Of a stretch of 64,000 bases of DNA, positions 53,401-63,998 are shown one piece after another. The notes below the pieces were generated by a model. The model saw nothing but the letters and a program-made list of their open reading frames with translations. It did not search any database and had not been told where the DNA came from. Every line of letters begins with the position of its first letter. Positions within the stretch are counted from its first letter, which is position 1. The translations under genes and the position numbers were made by a program. The stretch comes from Candidatus Eiseniibacteriota bacterium (lineage in GTDB: Bacteria; Eisenbacteria; RBG-16-71-46; CAIMUX01; VGJL01), in assembly GCA_041946735.1 (NCBI GenBank), contig JBHGAY010000022.1, positions 29,400 through 93,399 of the forward strand. The letters are read 5' to 3'.

Positions 53401-54255
53401 GAGAGCGAAGGTGAGGGGGAAGGAGAGGCAGAAGGAAAAGCAGAAGGAGAGGGAGAGGGAGAGCGGGGAGGCGAACCCGCCGTCCGCGGACCTCTCGATC
53501 CCGAAGCGGCGCGTGTGCAGATCGAGGAGCTGCGCCGCAAGCTCGCCGACATCGGGCCCGTCAACTTCCTGGCGAGCGAGGAGTACGACCGCCAGCGCGA
53601 GCGCCTGCTCTTCCACCGCAAGCAGCAGGAGGATCTTCGCAAGGCGCGCACCGACCTGCTCCAGGCGATCGCCCAGATCAACGAGACGGCGGGACGGATG
53701 TTCCTCGAGACATTCGAGACCGCGCGCCAGAACTTCCGCGCGACCTTCGAGTTCCTCTTCCCCGGCGGCGAGGCGGACGTAGCCTTGGCCGGGGAGGACC
53801 CGCTCGAGTGCGGGATCGACATCACCGCCCGCCCGCGCGGCAAGAAGCTCGAGGCGATCCGCCTGCTCTCGACCGGGGAGCGATCACTCACCGCGATCGC
53901 CCTGCTCTTCGGTCTCTATCTCGTCAAGCCGAGCCCGTTCTGCATGCTCGATGAGCTCGACGCCCCTCTCGACGACGCGAACATCGGGCGCTTCGTGACC
54001 CTGCTCGGCCACCATCGCGAGCGGACGCAGTTCATCGTCATCACGCATAACAAGCGGACGATGGAGGCGGCCGACCGCCTCTACGGCGTGACGATGCAGG
54101 AGCCGGGGATCTCGAAGATCGTCTCGGTCCGCCTCTCGGACGTCGAAGCGGAGATTCTGCCGGTGACGGCCGGAGCGGGCGGCGGCGTCGAAGGCGGGAC
54201 GGCGGGGCCGGATGCCGATGCGGGCGCCGGCGGTCCGGAGCGCGGGCAGCCATGA
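50413..54255 (+). CDS. smc: Chromosome segregation protein SMC
   Basis: GFKSF, GPNGCGKSN, EEAAGI, coiled coils, hinge, LDELDAPLD. Confidence 0.95.
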   Translation: MRLKNLTVHGFKSFANRTEIPLGQGITGIVGPNGCGKSNVSEAIRWVLGEGNVRVLRGENILDVIFKGSGTAKPAGYAEVMLLVDNEDQSLPVPQGEVTIARRVFRSGDSDFLINNVPCRLKDIRNLFLGTGLGSHGYSVIERGMVDQVLSDNDEQRRLFFEEAAGISRYKLQRREALRKLEGTEQDLLRIDDIVREIEREVRSLARQVGKARKHHRLLGEIRDLEVELALRRFCELDRRRVAGANERDGWTSERESLGLELSRLEADLETGRLKLLERERLLEEARREREDLLGRSASVREEAAVLASKIQGNEQRAQELSRRIVEESAHEASLRERIASRIPEQEELARQREGRQALVREAEKGVAEAEKAFAAAREEAARTAQLRMERLVVRTKESQELEGYLSRIEQQELRTASLSVHRETLGRKTGEIAERIAALEEEIARGAGEIESLASRAAEIEAARAAAEADREASRREKEEASRERASVESRLSLLHEQRERHEGFDSAVRSLLERRGEFHGVLGVAAELVRPERGLPVATVEALLGDALQWVVVEDEEAARQAIERLRAEGQGGVTFFPLRENATESPAGSTDGWDRPPLHAADDRLSPLVRHLAARVCPRESAGAAREGAFGGARAAAPLLRHLSPEGIVYSSEGWIRLQGGGGADREILERMREIPDLEEAAAHLRERQDRAEERLLELERAIAEARERASAIEREKAERIERERRLDRELSERKVERGLLTEEAERVAREIDALGEAIEMLRRERAALEDRLGISEASELEAQQRHDRARAEEDACARRRDTALATLTEHRTEMLRLENAIREIETSRQRDGEEADRLAAALILWGQERDEASRLAVEGTERRQKLLATAVDLEERTHDAEGTVDRRRSERDEEQSVLAALDHEIRERRAVFEGLKERLHDDQIRQVEIRSEMDRLRERILQEFEIDLEVEAPKRLASLEGGDSSVPAPAAVEGAPAAAPAADLEIEVEGEGESEGEGEGEAEGKAEGEGEGERGGEPAVRGPLDPEAARVQIEELRRKLADIGPVNFLASEEYDRQRERLLFHRKQQEDLRKARTDLLQAIAQINETAGRMFLETFETARQNFRATFEFLFPGGEADVALAGEDPLECGIDITARPRGKKLEAIRLLSTGERSLTAIALLFGLYLVKPSPFCMLDELDAPLDDANIGRFVTLLGHHRERTQFIVITHNKRTMEAADRLYGVTMQEPGISKIVSVRLSDVEAEILPVTAGAGGGVEGGTAGPDADAGAGGPERGQP

Positions 54256-54300
54256 TCCGCCGGCCGGCCGGCGCCGGGAGCCGCTGAGGCGGGGCCGCCG

Positions 54301-55167
54301 GTGCCGCGGCCGGTCCCGCCCGTTCCGCCGGTCCCGCCAGTGCCGCCGGTGCCACCTGCCCGGCCGCGAGGTCGAGGCCTTCTCGGACTCTTCCGGACCG
54401 AGGACCGCGAGATGCCGTTCTGGGAGCATCTCGAGGAGCTTCGTCGCGTGCTCCTGCGCTCGATCGCCTTCCTCCTGGTCGCGACGATCGTGGCGTACTT
54501 CCTCTCCGGGAGGATCCTCGACAAGGTGGTCGCCGACACGGTGGGGGAGGCGATCTTCCTCAAACCGATGGAGGCGTTCAACGCCCGCCTGAAGATCGCC
54601 TTCCTGATCGGGCTCCTCGTCGCGCTGCCGCTCATCCTCAGCCAGATCTGGTCGTTCGTCGTGCCGGGCCTCCTGCAGAAGGAGCGGAAGACGATCGCCC
54701 CGCTCGCGGCCGGCTCGACGCTCCTCTTCTACGCGGGCGTGGCGTTCTCCTACCTCGTGCTCACGCCGACGATGCTGCATCTGTTGACCGGCTTCGCGAG
54801 CGCGCGCGTGCAGGCGCAGATCTCCGTCGGCTCTCTCCTGGAGTTCCTGGTCACCATGGCGGTCGTCACCGGCATCCTCTTCCAGCTTCCGCTCGTGGTG
54901 GCGATCCTCTCGATGATCGGAGTGCTGAGCCCGACCTTCCTCACGAAGCGCTGGAGGCAGGCGGTCGTCGGCATCTTCATCCTGACCGCCGTCGTGACCC
55001 CGGGGGACGGCCCTTCGCAGATCGTCCTCGCCGCTCCGGTGCTCGTCCTTTACGTTCTCAGCATCTTCGTCGCGCGGATCATCTGGGGACGCAAGCGCCG
55101 GGCGGAGGCTGCCCGGTCCGGCGGCGGAGACGCCGGGGAAGAAGGAGGCTCGGATGGCGGAGCGTGA
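54301..55167 (+). CDS. tatC: Twin-arginine translocase subunit TatC
   Basis: MPFWEHLEELRR, Q.W.FV.PGL, FQLP, TPGD. Confidence 0.95.
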   Translation: MPRPVPPVPPVPPVPPVPPARPRGRGLLGLFRTEDREMPFWEHLEELRRVLLRSIAFLLVATIVAYFLSGRILDKVVADTVGEAIFLKPMEAFNARLKIAFLIGLLVALPLILSQIWSFVVPGLLQKERKTIAPLAAGSTLLFYAGVAFSYLVLTPTMLHLLTGFASARVQAQISVGSLLEFLVTMAVVTGILFQLPLVVAILSMIGVLSPTFLTKRWRQAVVGIFILTAVVTPGDGPSQIVLAAPVLVLYVLSIFVARIIWGRKRRAEAARSGGGDAGEEGGSDGGA

Positions 55168-55990
55168 CACGCTGCTCGCGGTCGACATCGGCAACACGCA
55201 GGTGGTGGCGGGGGTGCTGCGCGGCGCGGAGCTGCTCGGGCTCTTCCGCCTCACGTCCCAGGTGGCGCGCACGGCCGACGAGCTGGTGGCGACGCTCGAG
55301 CCGCTCCTGCTCCCGCATCTCCCCGAGCTGCGGATGAGCCGCCGCGTGGCGATCGCCTCGGTCGTCCCGGCGCTGACCGGCGCGTACGAGGAGTATGCGA
55401 TGCGCCGTCTCGGCGCGCGGCCGTTGCTCGTGAGCGCGCGCCTCCCGCGCCTGCCGATCCGCATCGACGTCCCCGATCCGACCTCGGTCGGAGCTGACCG
55501 GATCGCGAACGCCGTGGCCGCCGCCGCGCTCTACCCGCTTCCGGTCATCGTCGTCGACCTCGGGACGGCGACCACGTTCGATGTCGTCCTGCCCGGCGCC
55601 CGCTACGTCGGCGGGGTGATCGCGCCGGGGGTCTGGACGAGCGCCGAGGAACTGTTCCGCCGTGGCGCCCGCCTCGCCAAGGTCGAGCTTCGTGTCCCCG
55701 AGCGGGTGGTGGGCCGGACCACCGAGGCGTCCGTCCAGTCGGGGGTCCTCTACGGGGCGGCCGGCCAGATCGACGGCATCCTCGCCCGGATCTCGAAGGA
55801 GCTGTCGATCCGCCCTCGCGTCGTCGCCACGGGCGGCCTCGCTCCCCTGATCGCGATGGTCTCGAAGAGCCTGACGACCGTCGATCCGGGGCTCACGCTC
55901 CAGGGACTGCGGATCCTCGAGGAGCGGAGCCAGCGGCCCTCCGGGCAGCCGGCAAGGAAGGCCCCAAGGCGGTCCGCTCGAAAGGGATAG
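55154..55990 (+). CDS. coaX: Type III pantothenate kinase
   Basis: DIGNT, GADR, DLGTATTFD, GGVIAPG. Confidence 0.95.
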   Translation: MAERDTLLAVDIGNTQVVAGVLRGAELLGLFRLTSQVARTADELVATLEPLLLPHLPELRMSRRVAIASVVPALTGAYEEYAMRRLGARPLLVSARLPRLPIRIDVPDPTSVGADRIANAVAAAALYPLPVIVVDLGTATTFDVVLPGARYVGGVIAPGVWTSAEELFRRGARLAKVELRVPERVVGRTTEASVQSGVLYGAAGQIDGILARISKELSIRPRVVATGGLAPLIAMVSKSLTTVDPGLTLQGLRILEERSQRPSGQPARKAPRRSARKG

Positions 55991-56156
55991 CGAGCGTTTC
56001 GGTCCGCGCCTCGGGTTTCCAAAATCCCTGCTTGAGCGCCGGCGGAGCGGATTCGTAGACTGCCATGGTGCAGTCGGCGAGGCGGCTGCTGCTTGGGCCC
56101 GTTGGCCCCGCGGCCCCGGCCGGTCCCCGGCCGGGGCGGTTCATGGGAGGAAGTCG

Positions 56157-56438
56157 ATGACCATCAAGCCGATCGGGGATCGCGTGCTCGTCCGCTTCGT
56201 AGAGGCGGACGAGAAGGTCGGATCGATCGTGATTCCGGACACCGCGAAGGAGAAGCCGCAGCAGGGGATCGTCGAGGCGGTCGGCGACGGGAAGATGACG
56301 GAGAAGGGGCTCCGCCTTCCGATGCAGGTGAAGATCGGCGATCGCGTTGTGTTCGGACGCTATGCCGGGACGGAGGTCCGTCTCGGGGATCAGCAGTTCA
56401 TGGTTCTGCGGGAGACGGAGATCCTGGCGGTCCTCTAG
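56157..56438 (+). CDS. groES: Co-chaperonin GroES
   Basis: KPIGDRVLV, IVIPDTAKEKPQ. Confidence 0.97.
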   Translation: MTIKPIGDRVLVRFVEADEKVGSIVIPDTAKEKPQQGIVEAVGDGKMTEKGLRLPMQVKIGDRVVFGRYAGTEVRLGDQQFMVLRETEILAVL

Positions 56439-58085
<1,647 letters not shown>

Positions 58086-58107
58086 GCCGGGAGGGAGGAG
58101 GCGACCG

Positions 58108-58464
58108 GTGGACGTGATCCGTCTGCGCGACGTCGTCGTCTTTCCGAAGCTCGGAGTCGCGGATTTCGAGAAGGAGTCGGTCCAGAAGGTGACGCTCGAC
58201 GTCGAGCTGCACCTCGACCTCCAGCAGGCGGGCGCCACCGACGACGTTGCACGCACCGTGGATTACCAGAGGGTCTACCGGCGGATTCGCGAGGTCGCCG
58301 ACGAGCAGAAGTTCCACCTGATCGAGGCGCTCGCCGGCTCGATCGCCCGGACCATCCTCGAGGAGTTCCCCGTCCAGAAGACGGTCGTGCGGGTGCGGAA
58401 GACGAACCTCCCGTTCGACGCGCACCTGAACTGTGTCGAGGTGGAGATCGAGCGGCGGGCGTGA
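58108..58464 (+). CDS. folB: Dihydroneopterin aldolase
   Basis: GV..E...Q...DV, TVDY, LIEALA, VRK. Confidence 0.9.
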   Translation: MDVIRLRDVVVFPKLGVADFEKESVQKVTLDVELHLDLQQAGATDDVARTVDYQRVYRRIREVADEQKFHLIEALAGSIARTILEEFPVQKTVVRVRKTNLPFDAHLNCVEVEIERRA

Positions 58465-59039
58465 AAGCCTTCCTCGGACTCGGATCGAATCTCGGGGACC
58501 GGACGGCGAACCTCGTTCTCGCCCGCGGATGCCTGGCCCGGATCGCCCGCCCGGGCAGCCTGCGGTCGAGCCACATCTACGAGACGCGCCCGTGGGGGCG
58601 CCCGGACCAGCCGGACTACGTCAACGCGGTCGTGACCCTCGAAACGCAGCTCTCCCCGCGCACCCTCCTGCGCCTCGTCAAGGAGTGCGAGCGGCGCGCC
58701 GGCCGCCCGCTCCCGGCGCCGGGAGCCGAGCCGCCGGAGGATCAGCGGTGGGGCCCGCGCGTCCTCGACATCGACCTGCTCGACGTCGGCGGTCTCGTGC
58801 TTCACGAGCGCGGATTGATCCTCCCGCACCCGCGGATCGCGCAGCGCGCGTTCGTCCTCGTCCCGCTCTGCGAGATCGAGCCGGCCTGGCGGAATCCTTT
58901 GACGGGGCGGACCGCGACGGAGATGCTGGCCGCGCTGGATCCGGAGCCGGGCGACGTGCGGCTGCTCGGCCGCTTCCCGGAGTCCGCGGAGGAGCCACGT
59001 GCAGGCAGCACGGATCGACCCGACCTTCCTCGCGATTGA
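58461..59039 (+). CDS. folK: 2-amino-4-hydroxy-6-hydroxymethyldihydropteridine diphosphokinase
   Basis: LGLGSNLG, YET.P, RWGPRVLDIDLL, PHPR..R.FV. Confidence 0.95.
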   Translation: MKAFLGLGSNLGDRTANLVLARGCLARIARPGSLRSSHIYETRPWGRPDQPDYVNAVVTLETQLSPRTLLRLVKECERRAGRPLPAPGAEPPEDQRWGPRVLDIDLLDVGGLVLHERGLILPHPRIAQRAFVLVPLCEIEPAWRNPLTGRTATEMLAALDPEPGDVRLLGRFPESAEEPRAGSTDRPDLPRD

Positions 59040-59655
59040 AGGGGTCATCGGGGTCGGCAAGAGCACGCTGGCGCGCAAGATCGCCGAGCGGCTCGACGCC
59101 CGCCTCGTCCTCGAGGAAGTGGAGGAGAATCCGTTCCTCGCTTCCTTCTACAAGGACCGCCGGCGCTATGCCTTCTCCTGCCAGCTCTTCTTTCTGCTGT
59201 CCCGCTACCGGCAGCAAAGGACGCTCGGCCAGCGCGACCTCTTCTCGACGCGGATCGTCTGCGACTATCTCTTTCAGAAGGACCGGATCTTCGCCGCGCT
59301 GAACCTCGACGAGGCGGAGATGGGGCTCTACGAACAGATCCTCCCGCTTCTCGAACGCGACCTTCCCACTCCTGACCGGGTCGTCTATCTGCAGGCGAGC
59401 GTGCCCACTCTCCTGCGGCGGATCGAGCGGCGGGGGAGGAGCTACGAGCAAGGGCTCGACCGCGCCTACCTGCAGGAGCTTTGCGAGGGATACAACCGCT
59501 TCTTCTTCCATTACGACGCGGCGCCGCTGCTCGTGGTCAACACCGACTCGATCGACTTCGTCGAGAGCCCCGAGGATCTCGAGGATCTCTGGATGCGGAT
59601 CCGCGAGCACGCTTCGGGGACGCTGTATTACAATCCGCAGGGACCGGCACGATAG
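58999..59655 (+). CDS. Deoxynucleoside kinase
   Basis: IEGVIGVGKST, ENPFL, RIERRGR.YE. Confidence 0.92.
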   Translation: MQAARIDPTFLAIEGVIGVGKSTLARKIAERLDARLVLEEVEENPFLASFYKDRRRYAFSCQLFFLLSRYRQQRTLGQRDLFSTRIVCDYLFQKDRIFAALNLDEAEMGLYEQILPLLERDLPTPDRVVYLQASVPTLLRRIERRGRSYEQGLDRAYLQELCEGYNRFFFHYDAAPLLVVNTDSIDFVESPEDLEDLWMRIREHASGTLYYNPQGPAR

Positions 59656-59716
59656 GCGGGCAGGACCGGCACGATCGCCGAGCGGCGACCGGGAAGACCG
59701 GCGAGGAGGGATCGCG

Positions 59717-60535
59717 ATGCCGAGCGAGAAGATCACGGCGCGGATGATTCGCGAGCGCAAGGGGAAGGGGAAGATCTCCGTCCTCACCTGCTACGACTTC
59801 CCGATGGCGAAGATCCTCGACCGTGCGGGGATCGACATCCTCCTGGTCGGCGACAGCCTCGCCAACGTCGTCCTGGGCTACGACACGACCCTGCCGGTGA
59901 CGATGGAGGAGATGATCCATCATGGGCGCGCCGTCGCGCGCGCCCGGCCGCGCGCCTTGCTCGTCGTCGACATGCCGTTCGGGAGCTTCCAGTGCGGCGC
60001 CGACGCGGCCGTCGCGAACGCCGTCCGTCTGATGAAGGAGACCGGCGCCGACGCGGTCAAGCTCGAGGGGGGACGTCGCAACGCCGAGGCGGTCTCGCGC
60101 ATGGTCGCCGCCGGCATCCCGGTGATGGGCCATCTCGGCCTCACGCCGCAGTCGGTGCACGCGTTTGGCGGCTACCGGGTGCAGGGCCGCGGCCTGGAGG
60201 AGGGGGACCGGCTGCTCGAGGAGGCGCGCGCGCTCGAAGCGGCCGGCTGCTTCTCGATCGTCCTGGAGTCGGTGCCGGCGGCTCTTGCGAAGAGGATCAC
60301 CGCGTCGATCGGCATTCCGACGATCGGCATCGGCGCCGGAGCGGACTGCGACGGCCAGGTCCTCGTCCTCTACGACATGCTCGGCCTCTTCGAGGAGTTC
60401 CGGCCGAAGTTCGTCAAGCATTTCGCCTCGCTCGCCGCGGAGGTCGAGCGGGCGGTCCGGGAGTACAAGCGCGAGGTGGAGGAGGGGCGCTTTCCCGACG
60501 CGGAGCATTCCTTCGGAGAAGGGAAGGCGGGATGA
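59717..60535 (+). CDS. panB: 3-methyl-2-oxobutanoate hydroxymethyltransferase
   Basis: LVGDSL, DMPF, KLEGG, HLGLTPQ. Confidence 0.97.
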   Translation: MPSEKITARMIRERKGKGKISVLTCYDFPMAKILDRAGIDILLVGDSLANVVLGYDTTLPVTMEEMIHHGRAVARARPRALLVVDMPFGSFQCGADAAVANAVRLMKETGADAVKLEGGRRNAEAVSRMVAAGIPVMGHLGLTPQSVHAFGGYRVQGRGLEEGDRLLEEARALEAAGCFSIVLESVPAALAKRITASIGIPTIGIGAGADCDGQVLVLYDMLGLFEEFRPKFVKHFASLAAEVERAVREYKREVEEGRFPDAEHSFGEGKAG

Positions 60536-61440
60536 GGACCGTCTCCACGCCGGCCGCCGTGCGCGAAGCGGTGCGCCGCTACCGCGCCGCCGGGGAGAGC
60601 GTCGGCTTCGTGCCGACGATGGGCGCGCTGCACGCCGGCCATCGCTCGCTGCTCGCCCGCGCCCGCAAGGCGAACGACCGCGTCGTGGCCTCGATCTTCG
60701 TCAATCCGCTGCAGTTCGGTCCGGGCGAGGACTTCGCCCGCTATCCGCGACCGCTCGCACGCGATCGCCGCGCGCTCCTCGATGAGGGGTGCGACCTGCT
60801 CTACCTGCCGCGCCCCGAGCGGCTCTACCCGGCCGGCTTCGCGACGCGGGTCTCGGTCGGCGGGCTTCTCTCCTCCTCGCTCGAAGGAGAGCATCGGCCG
60901 GGACATTTCGACGGCGTGGCGACGGTCGTCGCCAAGCTCCTCATCGCGGTCGAGCCCGACCGCCTCTATCTGGGACAGAAGGACGCGCAGCAGGCGATCC
61001 TCCTGAAGCGGATGGTCGCCGACCTCGATTTCGGGATCGAGGTGGTCGTCTGCCCGACCGTCCGCGAGCCGGACGGTCTCGCCCTCTCCAGCCGGAACGT
61101 CTACCTGAGCGCCGAGGAGCGGCAGTGGGCCCCGGCTCTCCATCGGGCGCTCGAGGAGGCGGCCGAAGCGGCGGGGGGGGCGCAGGACGCCGCGCTCGCG
61201 CGTCGTGCCGAGCAGGCGCTCGCGCGGTCGCTCGCCTCCGGACCGGGCAAGCTCGACTACGCCCGCGTCGTCGACGCCGGCACGCTGGGGGAGCCCCAGG
61301 CGGGGCGGCCCTGGCTGATCGCGCTCGCCTACCGTCTCGGGCCCACGCGCCTGATCGACAACGTGATCGTGCGGCCCGCTCGCAAGTCGGGCAAACCGCG
61401 GAGCAGCGGCACGATCTCGAAAGCGAGAGCCGCCCGATGA
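60532..61440 (+). CDS. panC: Pantoate--beta-alanine ligase
   Basis: PTMGALHAGH, RPGHF.GV, GQKD, LALSSRN, RLIDN. Confidence 0.97.
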   Translation: MRTVSTPAAVREAVRRYRAAGESVGFVPTMGALHAGHRSLLARARKANDRVVASIFVNPLQFGPGEDFARYPRPLARDRRALLDEGCDLLYLPRPERLYPAGFATRVSVGGLLSSSLEGEHRPGHFDGVATVVAKLLIAVEPDRLYLGQKDAQQAILLKRMVADLDFGIEVVVCPTVREPDGLALSSRNVYLSAEERQWAPALHRALEEAAEAAGGAQDAALARRAEQALARSLASGPGKLDYARVVDAGTLGEPQAGRPWLIALAYRLGPTRLIDNVIVRPARKSGKPRSSGTISKARAAR

Positions 61441-62627
61441 GGAGCTGGCGTGTCGTCGTCCTCGCCGCGGGGCAGGGGACCCGGATGAAGTCCGACCTGG
61501 CGAAGGTGCTGCACGGGCTCGAGGGCCGGACCCTCCTCGCGCGCGTGCTCGACACCGCGTCCGAGCTGCCGGTCGAGTCGATCGCGGTGATCGTCGGGCA
61601 TCAGCACGAGAAGGTGCGGGCGGCCCACGCGAGACCCGGAATCTCGTTCTTCCTGCAGGAGCCGCAGCGCGGGACCGGCCACGCGGTGCAGCAGGCCGTC
61701 CCGTTCCTCGACGGCCACGACGGCTCGACACTGATCCTCTACGGGGACGTTCCGCTCCTTCGCCGCTCGACCCTCCTCGAGCTGATGGAGGAGCACGAGA
61801 CGAACGGCGACGCGGCCACCGTGCTGACCGCCCGGCTTCCGGATCCTTCGGGCTATGGCCGGATCGTCCGGGACGAGCGGGGCGATCTGCAGGCGATCGT
61901 GGAGGACAAGGATCTCGATCCGCGTGACCGCGCGATCGACGAGATCAACTCCGGCATCTACGCCTTCCGCACCGGTCCGCTGGTCGAGGCGCTCGCCTCC
62001 CTGCGCGACGACAACCGGCAGAAGGAGCTGTATCTCACCGACACGATCCGCTCGATCCGGGAGCGCGGGATGCGCGTCTCCACCTACACCCTCGCCGATC
62101 CGCTGGAGATCTCCGGCATCAACACGCCGGAACAGCTCGAGGCGGCCGCGGCGGTTCTCGCCAGGCGGCGGGAGCAGGGGAGCGAGGACTGCCCGATCTG
62201 CGCGCTGGCCTCGCGCGCCGGCGACGGCTATCCGGTCCTCGCGCGCCTGCCGGGCGCATTCCTCGTCGTGACGGCGCGCCCGTACAACTCCGGGCAGGTG
62301 ACCGCCCATCCGGAACGGCACGTGCTTCACCACTCCTCCTTGCGCCCGGAGGAGCGGGGGGCGGTGTGGGCGCTCGCGCAGCGCGGGGCGCGCGCTGTCG
62401 ACACGCTCTACCATCCCGGCGGGATGAACCTGGGCGCGGGCCCGGCGCAGCCCGGCGCTCACCTGGCGATCGAGGTGATCCCTCGCTGGGTGGGGGACAT
62501 GAACTTCCTGCCGATCCTGGCAAACGTGACGCTCCTTCCCGAGGAGCCGCGCGAAAGCTGGGAGCGGCTGCGACGCGTTCTGGAGTCGGAGGCAGGGACG
62601 CCGCCGACGGAGGGCAAAGGAGCATGA
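61437..62627 (+). CDS. GlmU-like nucleotidyltransferase domain fused to a degenerate HIT domain
   Basis: LAAGQGTRMKS..KVLH, GTGHAV, YGDVP, GYGRIVR, EINSGIY, LYLTD; then CPIC..PYNSG..GMNLG..IPRW.GD.NF. Confidence 0.85.
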   Translation: MRSWRVVVLAAGQGTRMKSDLAKVLHGLEGRTLLARVLDTASELPVESIAVIVGHQHEKVRAAHARPGISFFLQEPQRGTGHAVQQAVPFLDGHDGSTLILYGDVPLLRRSTLLELMEEHETNGDAATVLTARLPDPSGYGRIVRDERGDLQAIVEDKDLDPRDRAIDEINSGIYAFRTGPLVEALASLRDDNRQKELYLTDTIRSIRERGMRVSTYTLADPLEISGINTPEQLEAAAAVLARRREQGSEDCPICALASRAGDGYPVLARLPGAFLVVTARPYNSGQVTAHPERHVLHHSSLRPEERGAVWALAQRGARAVDTLYHPGGMNLGAGPAQPGAHLAIEVIPRWVGDMNFLPILANVTLLPEEPRESWERLRRVLESEAGTPPTEGKGA

Positions 62628-63166
62628 GCCGCAGGAGGAACAGCCGCAGGAAGCGGGGCCGCCGGTCGGGAAGGGTGTGGGTGACGGTCCTGCTCCTCGT
62701 CTTGATCGCCGTTTTCGGGCTGAGCATCTATCTCGGTCGTATTCCCGGCGAGTCGTCGAAAGCCGCGACCCCCGCGGCCGCGCGCAACGCCTCGCTCGGC
62801 CTCGATCCGGCCCCGGCCCCTGCCCCGGTCCCGCCTCTGCCGCCGCCGATCGTGCCGGACGCCGACTCGCCATCCCTGATAATCTGGAACGGGTGCGGCA
62901 GGATGGGGTTGGGGGCAAGAGCCGAGCGGTGGATGCGCCGGCTGGGATTCGACGTCTACGAGACGACCAACGCCGATCGCTCCGACTATCCCCAGACCCT
63001 ACTCATCACACGTCCTGGCCGCGAAGAGCCGGCGGGCGAGATCCTTCGGTCGCTGCAGGAAAGGCTGAGGGTCGGGCGGTTGGCCGACAAAGAGGTGAGG
63101 CTGCGGGACGTCGATGCCCTCTTGATCCTCGGGCGCGATTTTCCCGATTCCCTCCCGCTTCGCTGA
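62624..63166 (+). CDS. LytR C-terminal domain membrane protein
   Basis: Basic N-terminus and TM; IWNGCG..GLG...L...GF.V....NAD..Y..T...ILG.DF. Confidence 0.8.
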   Translation: MSRRRNSRRKRGRRSGRVWVTVLLLVLIAVFGLSIYLGRIPGESSKAATPAAARNASLGLDPAPAPAPVPPLPPPIVPDADSPSLIIWNGCGRMGLGARAERWMRRLGFDVYETTNADRSDYPQTLLITRPGREEPAGEILRSLQERLRVGRLADKEVRLRDVDALLILGRDFPDSLPLR

Positions 63167-63264
63167 CCGCGGCCGGCTCGTCGGGACGGAAGGCCGGGAC
63201 GGGAAGCAAGAAACCAGGGAAGCGATAGAAGCAAGCAAGCTAGCAAGGAAGGAAGGAAAAGGCG

Positions 63265-63441
63265 ATGGGATCCGTAGGATTTCGCGAGATCTTCATCATC
63301 CTGCTCATCGTGCTGCTGCTCTTCGGGGCGAAGAAGATCCCGGAGCTGGCGCGCGGGCTCGGGCAGGGCATCCGCGAGTTCAAGGACGGGATGCGCGACT
63401 CGTCCCATGAGGAGAAGAAGAAGGAGGATCCGAAGGGCTAG
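63265..63441 (+). CDS. tatA: Twin-arginine translocase TatA/E (not in the supplied ORF track)
   Basis: MGSVGFREIFIILLIVLLLFGAKKIPELARGLGQGIREFK, translated by hand. Confidence 0.95.
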   Translation: MGSVGFREIFIILLIVLLLFGAKKIPELARGLGQGIREFKDGMRDSSHEEKKKEDPKG

Positions 63442-63998
63442 ACGCCACCCCCGCTCGTCTTCCCTCCAAGCCGCGCCCCCTCGGGCGTCTCCCACCCCGC
63501 CTCCTCCTCCGGCCTCCGGAGGCGAAGCAGGAGCCAGACGTACAGCGCGATCGCCGGCAACGGCTTGCTCAGGTGCTGGAGCAGCGAGCCCAGCCAGGAG
63601 AGGGATCCGTCGTGCCCGGCCACGAGCGCATAGGGAGTCGGAAGGGCCAGCAGGATCGACATCGCCAGCACGAAGCGGGAGCGCTCCCCGAGCGCGAGAA
63701 CGGTCAGCGCCGGCAGCAGCATCACGTAGTGGTATTCCCAGACGTCCTTGAAGACGAGGAAGAACGCGAGCACCCAGAGGCAGAGGAGCTGGCGCAGCGG
63801 CGCCTCGCGTCCCCGCTTCCACGTCATCCAGGCCGCAGGGATCGCGACGAGAAGGTTCCAGATCGCGACCGGGACGTTTCCGACGAAGATGTCGCCGGGG
63901 CCGAGGACCAGGAGCTTCGACGCGAACTCGGAGGGCATCGTCCAGCCGAGGAACCGCACGAGCGCCGAAGCGCCGAGCGAGCCGCCGAGGATCCTCGG
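63438..63998 (-). CDS. Multi-TM membrane protein, possibly GT87/DUF2029-like glycosyltransferase (C-terminal part only)
   Basis: Frame is open to the window edge; TM helices and a VWEYHYVMLLP motif. Confidence 0.55.
   Translation of the reverse strand, partial: PRILGGSLGASALVRFLGWTMPSEFASKLLVLGPGDIFVGNVPVAIWNLLVAIPAAWMTWKRGREAPLRQLLCLWVLAFFLVFKDVWEYHYVMLLPALTVLALGERSRFVLAMSILLALPTPYALVAGHDGSLSWLGSLLQHLSKPLPAIALYVWLLLRLRRPEEEAGWETPEGARLGGKTSGGGV

Noticed and set aside
54252..54287. 11-codon mini-ORF overlapping the smc stop before tatC
   Set aside because: Probably a chance ATGA; tatC has adequate in-frame starts at 54301 and 54412.
56065..56095. CIRCE element before groES (GCAGTC-N8-GGCTGC)
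   Set aside because: Spacing and sequence deviate too far from TTAGCACTC-N9-GAGTGCTAA.
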